Origin: Candidatus Latescibacterota bacterium
Lineage (GTDB): Bacteria; Latescibacterota; CBDEFO01
DNA length: 64,000 nucleotides
NCBI GenBank assembly: GCA_965237525.1
Contig: CBDEFO010000004.1
Span: forward strand, 288,001 to 352,000
Direction: 5' to 3'
The position numbers were made by a program, and so were the translations under genes. Shown here one piece after another: positions 52,516-61,817 of this stretch. The first letter of the stretch is position 1; every line of letters begins with the position of its first letter. A model generated the notes under the pieces. It was not told the DNA's origin, ran no database searches, and saw only the letters and a program-made list of their open reading frames with translations.

Positions 52516-53754
52516 ATGGAATCGTCTATTGGGGAATTTGTAAAAGGAAAGAATTTGAAAAGTAGGGTTATGATTGTAGCAGGCGAGGCGTCAGGTGACC
52601 TCCACGGGAGCGGCCTTGTGGGCGAACTTAAGAGAATATCCCCGGATATAGAGATTTTCGGCATAGGAGGCCCCAGGATGGAGGCTGAAGGTGTGAAATT
52701 ACACTATCGTTCAGAGGACATGGCGTTTATGGGATTGGTAGAAGTGATGCGCCATATTCCCTTTGTCCTGAGAGCTCTATCAGATATGCGGAGACTCTTG
52801 CAGGATAAAAAGCCAGATCTTTTGATACTCATAGACTATGCCGGATTTAACCTGAAACTGGCCAATATAGCGCGCAAGAAAGGGATACCTGTGTTGTACT
52901 ACATCCTTCCCAAAGTCTGGGCCTGGGGAGGATGGAGAATCCCTAAGATAGTACAGGTTACTTCCAAAATAGCGGCGGTCTTTCCCTTTGAGCCGGCAAT
53001 CTTCAACGGGCGTGGAGGCGGCGCAGAATTTGTCGGCCATCCCCTGTTAGAAGTAGTAAAGTGCGAATCCACAAAGGCACAATTTCTCTACGACATCGGA
53101 GCCTCCACACGGAGTGGTAGCACCATCATAATCGGCGTCCTTCCCGGAAGCAGAAGACATGAGATCGAGCGCATATTCCCGATTATGCTTGAGGCGTTGA
53201 AAAGTATAGGTGAAAACCTCCAGAATATTCGTGCTCTTGTAGGATGCCTTGACGAGATAGAACCCTCCCTCTACGAGGATATTGCCGCAAAGGAAGAAGT
53301 ACAGGTCAAGTTGCTAAAGGGCAGGACGTACGATCTGATGAGACATTCTGATCTGCTCCTTGTGGGATCCGGAACGGCGACGCTTGAGGCAGCTATTCTG
53401 GGAACACCTATGATTATAATTTACAGTATGTCTTATTTATCCTATATTGTTGCAAAGTTATTTGTGAAAATTCCGCATGTGGGATTGCCGAACATAATCG
53501 CTGGCAAAGAGATAGTCCCAGAGTTTATTCAAAGGGCCGCCGATAGCCAAAGAATAGCTTCCGAATCTATCAGTATCCTCAAAGATAGCAAAAGATATGA
53601 AAAAGTGCGTAGAGACTTGAGCGAAGTTAAAGATAAATTAGGCGGCCCTGGAGCTTCCGTACTAACCGCAGAGATGGCAGCCGACATGATTGGAGTTAAA
53701 AGCAGTAGAGAGGGAGCCGTATTATTAACCGATTCGAAGCGATCGCAAGATTAG
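52516..53754 (+). CDS. lpxB: Lipid-A-disaccharide synthase
   Basis: AGEASGDLHG, IDYAGFN, VWAW, FVGHPL, LPGSR..E, SGTATLE. Confidence 0.95.
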   Translation: MESSIGEFVKGKNLKSRVMIVAGEASGDLHGSGLVGELKRISPDIEIFGIGGPRMEAEGVKLHYRSEDMAFMGLVEVMRHIPFVLRALSDMRRLLQDKKPDLLILIDYAGFNLKLANIARKKGIPVLYYILPKVWAWGGWRIPKIVQVTSKIAAVFPFEPAIFNGRGGGAEFVGHPLLEVVKCESTKAQFLYDIGASTRSGSTIIIGVLPGSRRHEIERIFPIMLEALKSIGENLQNIRALVGCLDEIEPSLYEDIAAKEEVQVKLLKGRTYDLMRHSDLLLVGSGTATLEAAILGTPMIIIYSMSYLSYIVAKLFVKIPHVGLPNIIAGKEIVPEFIQRAADSQRIASESISILKDSKRYEKVRRDLSEVKDKLGGPGASVLTAEMAADMIGVKSSREGAVLLTDSKRSQD

Positions 53755-53762
53755 ACAGTAGA

Positions 53763-55020
53763 GGTTATTTATCAAATGAAATCGGTGCACTTCTCTTTCG
53801 ATCTTTGATTGATCTTGAATGATAGGTTTTCGACAATCTTTGGTTTCTGTTCTTTTTCAAAATGGATGTATAATTGTTCTTCTTTTAGGTTCCATTCAGC
53901 CAGGACAAAGTAGTTGGTGTAAGAGGAGGGAAGAGATACTTTCTCATTTAGGACATCGATAAAGGCTTTATCTGTCTGTTCTGTGTCCTGTTTGACTTGT
54001 CTGATAAAATAGGTCTTGGGAATGAAATCTTTCTCGTTTGACTTCTCTTGCTTAGGTGGACGGTAGCCGGTGTATCTCTGTGATGAAAGATTAAACCATT
54101 CTAACTTCTGATCAACTTCTTGTAAGCTTTTGAACTGAATTCTGTTCCAGAACTTCCTTGAAAATACAGAATTGTTGCCTTCTATAGATGCTTGAGAAAA
54201 GGGCCTTCTGGGAACGGCAAATATCGGAATCACTTGATTTTTCAAGAGAAACTGCATTGCTTTGCTGACATTCCTTTTACCTGAAACACTGCCAATAGTC
54301 GCCGAGCAATTGTCCACCTTAACGAAATCTGGTTTTTCAAACCTGTCAAAGAAAGACTGACACTTCTCGATAAAGTTAGTTGCTGTTTGACCGTCAACCC
54401 GCCGAAAATACCTTAACTTAGGCTCTTTCTTAAAGGAAAATCCAACGAAGTTGACCGGCTCAGTTCTGCCGGTAAGATACTTTTTACCAATAAAGTCTGA
54501 TTCTAGGACTCTGCCTCCTGAAAGATAGTAAATGGTATACTCTGGATAACAAAGATAACGAGATGCACCCTTGTTTTTACCTTTCTTCCTTCTCTGGGAA
54601 AGTCCTAAATCTGAAAGCATTCTGCCGATAGTCGGCAACGACGGAGGAGGGGTGCTAGAATATCGATTCCTCCATTCTTGTTCAATAACAGTGGCTCCTG
54701 AATAGAACTGATAAGGATCGTCCTCTAAGCTATGGTAAATCTCTTTGATTCTCTGTTCGTCAACTTTAGCCAATTTTCGCCTTTTTCCTTTTGGCCAACC
54801 CCGATTATCCATGGCAAAATCCTGATCCAGAGATTTAGTCCAAGCCGTAACGAAATCATTGGAAACTCTCGCTTGTTTGATAACTTCTCGCTTTGACATT
54901 TCTTTCTTAAAATACATCTCGTTGACTTCTTGTCTTAATACGGCCAATCTCTCTTTGTCCATAGGACTCCGTAGATTAAAGTTAAGACAATCAACTCAAC
55001 TTAATCTACTAATACTCTAA
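53763..55020 (-). mobile_element. ISx copy 3 (transposase 53772-54962), upstream end removed at the IS1182-like junction
   Basis: Near-identical to copy 2 up to AATACTCTAA; flanked by AGTAGA; upstream TIR absent. Confidence 0.92.
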
Positions 55021-56539
55021 AAGCCTTGTGAAAAACCCTTAGATTCAGAAAGTAGTATAGAACAAGCATTGATAAAGCAGCTCCGATGTATTATATTATG
55101 TTATTGATAATATTATACATGGAGGAAACAATGACCCCACAAGAGCAGGAACAGACAAATCCGGTGTTTCACTATTCTCAGATGGAGGATTTAGTTCCCG
55201 AGGATCATATCCTTCGTCAGATTGATGAGGCAGTTGATTTTTCATTTGTACGAGACGTTGTATCAGATTGTTATTGCCCTGACAATGGCAGACCCGGTAT
55301 TGATCCTGAATTAGTTGTTCGAATGATCCTTATTGGCTATCTGTATAATTTGAGTGAGAATCGGCTCTGTCAGGAAGTGGGGATGCATGCGGCATATCGG
55401 TTGTTTTGTCATCAGACATTTGATGATGCGGTTCCGGATAGGAGCACGATCAACAAGCTTCGCAATCACAAGTGGGCATCCAGTGGGTTGTTTGAACGGA
55501 TAATGCGTCAGGTAGTCCAGTGTTGCATAGATGTCGGTGTTGTGAGCGGTAAACACCTTAGTGTCGACGGCACTCAGATACAAGCTGATGCTTCAGTGAA
55601 AAGTATTGAGCCGATAGAACCCCCTTTTTCTCTTGATGATTATCTCAAGGGAATCGGTTTTGAAGGTGATAAGACAAAGGGTAGGTCCGGGCATCCTCAG
55701 GATAAAGACTTTCATGGTGAAAAGTGGACGAACCAAACACACCGTTCGACTACAGACCCCGACGCGCGCTTATACAGCAAATCGAAGGGCAAAGGGGCTT
55801 TTCTCTCGTTTATGGGCCATGATCTGATCGACACAAAAAGCAGAGTAATCCTTGAGACTCAGGGCACGCAGGCGACAGGGACAGCAGAGCCCGAAAGTGC
55901 CCTTAAGATGGTAGATGACCTTGAAACATACACCATGCCCAAAGACATTCAGACACTTAGTGCCGATACCGGTTACGGTTCTGGTAATTTTATCGCTGAT
56001 GTACTTGACCGGGGAATCATACCCCATATTCCTCTGCGAGCCGATGAGAAGATTGAACCGATTCCTACATGGAAAAACAAGACAAATTCAGCACATATTC
56101 AGGCCGAACGGGATAGAAAAGTGCGAGAGGCGAAAGCCAGAAATCATGCACGGTCTATCTCATTAACAGCTGACTACAAACTCTCCCGGAGACTCCGTAA
56201 ACGCAGTGAACATATCTTTGCTGAAGCCAGGCAACAACACGGTATGGGACGAGCCCGTTATAGAGGACCAGCCTCACTGAATGAACAGTTGAATCTTGTT
56301 GCAACAGTACAGAATCTCAAGAGGCTTGTATCTTTCATAAGAAGGGGGAAAGCGTCTATGTGTGCCCTGTCTGTCAAAGACAGTGCATCCTGTTCTTCAA
56401 ACAGCTCCTGTTCCTTGCTGACCAGAACTCTGATAAGACTATTTTGCTTATTCCACAGCAAAACGATACGATATGCTACTCTTTGACCCATAATCGGCGC
56501 TTCAGACGCTGCCTGGGACATAACTATTTCACAAGGCTT
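55021..56539 (+). mobile_element. IS1182-family-like element copy C (transposase 55086-56486)
   Basis: Same TIRs and length; CTAA on both sides. Confidence 0.93.
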
Positions 56540-56825
56540 CTAAAACGCGAAGATAACAGATGTCAAGACATATCTTGTTGGCCCTTCTTGTTCCGTAGAG
56601 CGGACATCTGACGGCTAAAATTCCCATTTTTCAAAATCGAGCTGGACAAAACTATAACTGGAATAGGTAAAGCGATCGAATGCCCCACCGCAGATGTCTT
56701 AGCAAGGAGGAGCTAAGGGTTTATCTGCCGCTGAGGGAGAACAGATGGAATTTGAAGGAGATAATTTAAAGTGCCGGGCTTTAGTATGGTCAACCTTTTG
56801 TCGTTCCGAAAAGGAGGCGGTAATC

Positions 56826-59313
56826 ATGAAGACATTAATCGGAAGTCTCTTTGCATTCAGTATCATAATTGCTGTGTCGGCTGTTGTTTCAGCTAATGAG
56901 CCATCTGGTGGGATCTTTCCCGTTTTTCAGTTTCCCGATAACGCCTTGCCGCAGATAGACGGCGACTTAAGCGATTGGGATTTGGTCCCAGAGAAGTTCT
57001 GGATAACTCTGGAGAACGATTTCAAAAGGAGCGAGGTACTACCGTCAGGAACGCATACTTATCATCCTATCTGGAGAGATTTCGATCTTGCCGATTTCAA
57101 CGTAAAGTGCATCGTAGGCTGGAACGAGGAGACAAACCGTATCTACGTTATGGCTGAAGTAGTGGATGACTATCTGCACAATTCACGTGAAAATGCCTCA
57201 TATTATAACTGGGACGACGACATTAACTTCGTGCTCGATGCCGACCACAGCGGCGGAGAGCTCTTCAAGAACGACTGGAAATACTTACCTCATGAGAATG
57301 ACTGGAAATACTTACCTCGAAAAGAGCAAGAACAGTTGTTCTATACAACTGGCCAGCTTTATACTATGCTTGTACCACCTACTAGACGGCTATTACAGCT
57401 TTATGTACTTTCTGGACGATGGCACCTTCTAATGGCTGACGGATAGAACAGGTGACCTTGCTCCTGATTATCTAAAGACAGGCTGGACACGCAGAGGCGA
57501 AACAGGAGGACCTGGTACTTATACTTATGAGTTTATGGTAACCCCATGGGAGTTCCTGAGTCCTGGCGGTCCTGATTCGAGCACAATAGTAGATCTAGAG
57601 GAGGGAAAGATCATACACGTCGGGTTTCTGTTCAAGGATTACGATACCTCTGAGGCCTACGAGGGGTCGTATGATTCTCCTCCCATGCACGAAGTCTGGC
57701 GCAACGTTGATCTTGCTGCCGACTTCATGCTGTTACCAATTGCGGCCGATCTGAGCACCATCGCGGGCACGGTTAGTAGCTTGTTGAGGGATTACAGAAC
57801 GGGAGTACCACTTCTTAAGGATCTACCCGGGTGGTTTTTCGGACTGCGGTATCTTTTCGGAGTCAGCAGAAAAGATGTAGAACCCTATGGCGGATTGGTT
57901 ATCGAGGCCTACCGAGGCGATCAGCCGGGGGGGAGTGCCCATACCGACGCAGAAGGACAGTACAGTTTGATGTCGATGCCCGGGGAATACACCTTGAGGG
58001 TGCGTGGCGGACAGGGCATGGAGCCGTCGGAGGTGGCAGGACTCACTGTACGTCCGGGGCAGCAGACTAATGCTGATTTTGAAGTGACTCCGATCAAGCT
58101 GCCCAAGATTCTGGAGCGATCTATGGCCGCGTACCAGTCACTCCGCAGCTACCAAGACATGACTACCGTGGAGATACACACAACGAGATCCGGTATGGAC
58201 AACAGGATGACTACACCGATGCAGTTCGCCATCGAACGTCCCAACCGCCTCCGACTTGAAAGCATTGGCATGCGGATGAGAGATATAGCGGTAGTTAGCG
58301 ATGGGATAATGCTGGTGACTTACCAGCGAATGTGGAATCAGTACACGCAGAAGAATGCCCCGGAGAGGCTAACGGCTGATGATAAGACTATTACAGAACA
58401 GACGAGAAGTATGTTCGTACAGAAGCTAATAATGAGCGATGACCCACTCAGAGCCCTGATGGAGGGTGTGGAAGAGGTCGAGAAGGTAGGACACGAAAAA
58501 TTATCTGGCATTCCCACAACCATCGTCGAGCTGACGAAATCACCTCGGTTGCTTCGGACCGGCATGCTGTGGCAATACCAGGGGATCGCTGGGCCAGGAA
58601 TGGATAAGCCAATCAAAGTTCAGCTCTGGATTGGAGAGAAGGACTTCATGATCCGACAGGTTGCCTTCGAGATGGATATTAGACAGATGACCGAGGGAAT
58701 GCCGGAGGAGAGTCGGTCTTGGATGGAAGGGTTGAAGATCGGCTTCAAGGAGCGGCATAATGCCATAGAGATCGATCCAACATTCTCAGAGGAAACTTTC
58801 ATGTTCACTCCGCCTGAGGAGGCCAAGCTCGTCGAACAGTTTGGGCCGGGTGTAGCCAGCAGAGGTATGCCCAGTAGAGACAAGTCGGAGTTTGTCGGCA
58901 AGCCTGCGCCTGATTTTGTGCTGAAGGATATCGACGACAATGAGGTAAAACTGGCAGATTTTGAGGGGAAAGCAATGATCGTGAACTTCTGGGCTACCTG
59001 GTGTGGACCCTGCCGGGAGGAGATCCCCGGCTTCATAGCCCTCCAGTCCCAATATGCCTCCAAGGGATTCACAATGATCGGCATCTCTACCGATAGGAAA
59101 CGCGACGTAGTCCGATCTTTCGCGACCGAGAACAAGATCAACTATCCACTCCTGATGGCGGACGAGAAGGTGCGAGAGGACTACGGGGACATCTCGGCTA
59201 TCCCGACGACCTTTGTGATCGATAAGAAGGGGATCGTGCGCTATACCTACGTTGGGGTGCCGTCGGACAAGCTCATCTTCCAGCAAAAGGTGGAAGAGCT
59301 ATTGGCGGAGTAG
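56826..59313 (+). pseudogene. Secreted multidomain protein (CBM9-like, carboxypeptidase-regulatory-like, LolA/DUF2092-like, TlpA redoxin) with frameshift and stop; 3' ORF 57535-59313 intact
   Basis: Signal peptide, IDGDLSDW; +1 near 57380, TAA 57430-57432; NFWATWCGPCREEIP. Confidence 0.72.
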
Positions 59314-59382
59314 ACTGCTGGCAGTGCTCCGGACTTCGCATTTCGACACCCATTCAGTAAGATAGGAGAAACAGATTCAATA

Positions 59383-60156
59383 ATGTCCAATTTCGACCGC
59401 TTGGTAGAGACCATGGCTCGTTTGAGAGGTGAGGATGGATGTCCCTGGGACAGGGAACAGGATCACGAGACGCTGAAGGCGTACGCGATCGAGGAGACGT
59501 ATGAGCTTATAGAGGCCATAGATAAAAAGGACGATGAAGCGCTTAAGGAGGAGTTAGGCGATTTACTATTGCAGGTCGTCTTCCACGCCCAGATAGCCAG
59601 GGAAGGGGGCAGATTCGATATAGATGACGTGATAGAATATCACGTGGACAAGCTAATCGGCCGCCATCCTCACGTATTTGGAGACCTTAAGGTGGACGGT
59701 GTAAAGGAGGTGATCTCCAACTGGGAGAGGATAAAGGGCAGCGAGAGGAACAAGAAAAAGGGGAAAGCATCAGTTCTGGACGGTGTGCCACCGGGACTCC
59801 CCGCCCTTCTGAAGGCCAGAAGGATACAGGACAAGGTCTCAAGTGTCGGATTTGATTGGGAGAACGTGGACGGGCCCCTCGATAAGTTAAAAGAGGAAAT
59901 CTCGGAACTTAAAGAGGCATATGCCCATAAGGAGCGGGATAAGGTAGAAGAGGAGTTAGGAGACATACTATTTGCGCTTGTGAACGTGTCCAGATTCCTC
60001 AAGGTCTGTCCGGAAGAAGCTTTGAGAAAAACTGTAGACAAGTTTATGGAGCGTTTCAAATATATCGAATCGGAATTAGAAAAGCAGAATAAGGACATAA
60101 ACAAGAGCACGATTGAGGAGATGGATGCTCTTTGGGAGGAAGCTAAGAAAATATAG
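59383..60156 (+). CDS. mazG: Nucleoside triphosphate pyrophosphohydrolase MazG
   Basis: GCPWDREQ, EETYE, EELGDLL, RHPHVF, GFDW, second EELGD. Confidence 0.95.
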   Translation: MSNFDRLVETMARLRGEDGCPWDREQDHETLKAYAIEETYELIEAIDKKDDEALKEELGDLLLQVVFHAQIAREGGRFDIDDVIEYHVDKLIGRHPHVFGDLKVDGVKEVISNWERIKGSERNKKKGKASVLDGVPPGLPALLKARRIQDKVSSVGFDWENVDGPLDKLKEEISELKEAYAHKERDKVEEELGDILFALVNVSRFLKVCPEEALRKTVDKFMERFKYIESELEKQNKDINKSTIEEMDALWEEAKKI

Positions 60157-60241
60157 GAAAAACCATATACTTAGTGACCCAAAAGATTCATCGTGCCTGG
60201 CAACGTTACGCACCAAAGGAGGACGAAATCGGGTACGAACA

Positions 60242-60270
60242 TTGACAATAACGTTTAACCTGCTTAGAAT
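60242..60270 (+). promoter_or_regulatory. sigma70 promoter
   Basis: TTGACA-17 nt-TAGAAT. Confidence 0.65.
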
Positions 60271-60373
60271 CATTATAGAAGCAGCTAATACTCCACAAAA
60301 TTTCTTGAATTTCACAAAATTTAAAGTGATAGATCAAGGGCGAGGGTGCCCTGGCTACTGCTTTGGACCCTTC

Positions 60374-60667
60374 ATGCATAAACTCACATTCTACACCTTC
60401 AAACTCCAGGACGGCTTGAACGCCGTAGAAGAAGTTTTGGAAAGGTACGGCGCCGCAGTTCTGGAGATCCAACGGGACGGTTCGAGCGCAACGGTGAAGC
60501 TCCTTATAGACGGAAGAGAGGAAACCGCAATCGTAAAGGAAAAGAACGCTAAGGACCATCCCTTAGCCCGTTTTAAACCTGTATCTGAACTGACCCTGGA
60601 GCTTTCCTATATGAATAGGGACATAGAGAAGGGCCTGAAGCTCAAGCTCTTGAGAGGAGGCGGATAG
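60374..60667 (+). CDS. Small hypothetical protein ending in LLRGGG
   Basis: 97-aa ORF downstream of the promoter, upstream of moaC; start uncertain. Confidence 0.6.
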   Translation: MHKLTFYTFKLQDGLNAVEEVLERYGAAVLEIQRDGSSATVKLLIDGREETAIVKEKNAKDHPLARFKPVSELTLELSYMNRDIEKGLKLKLLRGGG

Positions 60668-60697
60668 CTTGTGGAAGCATTGACCCTTTGTAGTAGA

Positions 60698-60801
60698 AAG
60701 GGATGGGAGGCGGTGCCGTGTCTACTGTCTACTGTTTGCTGTCTACTGCCTTTCAGGGAGGCGGTGCCCCTATCTACCCCCCGATAGCTTCAATCGGGGG
60801 G
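60698..60801 (+). repeat. Head-plus-heptamer repeat (head duplicated) plus CCCCCGATAG..AATCGGGGG palindrome
   Basis: GGGATGGGAGGCGGTGCCG-TGTCTAC-TGTCTAC-TGTTTGC-TGTCTAC. Confidence 0.7.
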
Positions 60802-60834
60802 TACTGTCGACTAGTGCAGGGAGGCAGATAGCCT

Positions 60835-61308
60835 GTGAATAAGCTAACTCACATAGATGAAAGCGGCGCCGCACGAATGGTGGACGTAACCCATAAAGAT
60901 GTGACCCAAAGAGAAGCCATCGCCGAAGGCGAGATTCTGATGTCCCGAAAGATAATCGAGATGATAGTGGACGGAAAAGCCCCTAAAGGAAACGTCTTAG
61001 AGACGGCCCGGATAGCTGGGATCATGGCGGCAAAGAGGACGTGGGACCTAATCCCGCTCTGTCATCCTCTGGAGATAACGGGCGTGGATGTGAGATTCAA
61101 AGTGGAAGAAGATAGGATAAAAGTCGAGTCCCAGGTATCCGTCCCCGGAAGAACAGGAGTTGAGATGGAGGCCCTAACAGCCGTTTCGGTCGCTCTTTTG
61201 ACCATATACGATATGTGCAAGGCCGTGGATAAGAGGATGGTGATCTCCGACATAAAACTGATGAGAAAATCGGGCGGAAAGAGCGGATCGTTCGTAAGGG
61301 AGGTGTAG
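60835..61308 (+). CDS. moaC: Cyclic pyranopterin monophosphate synthase MoaC
   Basis: LTHID..G.ARMVDV, LIPLCHPL, TGVEMEAL, YDMCKAVD, KSGGKSG. Confidence 0.96.
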   Translation: MNKLTHIDESGAARMVDVTHKDVTQREAIAEGEILMSRKIIEMIVDGKAPKGNVLETARIAGIMAAKRTWDLIPLCHPLEITGVDVRFKVEEDRIKVESQVSVPGRTGVEMEALTAVSVALLTIYDMCKAVDKRMVISDIKLMRKSGGKSGSFVREV

Positions 61309-61313
61309 AAGCG

Positions 61314-61817
61314 ATGATAAAGGTCGGTGTCCTGACTGTAAGTGACAAGAGCGCTGCGGGGGAAAGAGAGGATGAAAGCGGAGCAGCTATAAGAGAAATA
61401 GCGCCCGAGTTCGGCGGAAAGGTGGAGGTCTATCGCATAGTCCCGGACGAAATTGACAAGATAACAGAGGCTTTAGCCACGATGGCAGACGACGACGACA
61501 TGGACGTTATCCTGACCACGGGGGGAACAGGCGTCGCACAGAGAGACGTAACCCCTGAGGCGACAGAATACGTGATCGAAAAGGCGGTCCCGGGTATAGG
61601 CGAAACTCTAAGGGCAAAGAGCCTGAAGATCACTCCCTGGGCTATGCTCTCCAGGATGACCGCAGGGGTCAGAGGAGAGACGCTCATAATTAACCTTCCG
61701 GGGAGTCCCAAGGGCGTAAGAGAGTGTCTAGAATGGCTCCAGGACGTGATCCCTCACGCTGTAGAACTCATCAAAGGCGAAACGGGCGAGCACCAAAGGC
61801 ACGAATCGCATGGTTAG
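61314..61817 (+). CDS. mog: MogA/MoaB molybdopterin adenylyltransferase
   Basis: TVSD, IVPDE, TTGGTG...RDVTPEAT, INLPGSPKG. Confidence 0.92.
   Translation: MIKVGVLTVSDKSAAGEREDESGAAIREIAPEFGGKVEVYRIVPDEIDKITEALATMADDDDMDVILTTGGTGVAQRDVTPEATEYVIEKAVPGIGETLRAKSLKITPWAMLSRMTAGVRGETLIINLPGSPKGVRECLEWLQDVIPHAVELIKGETGEHQRHESHG

Noticed and set aside
60113..60373. N-terminal extension of the LLRGGG ORF
   Set aside because: It overlaps mazG and spans a good promoter, so a later start is more plausible.
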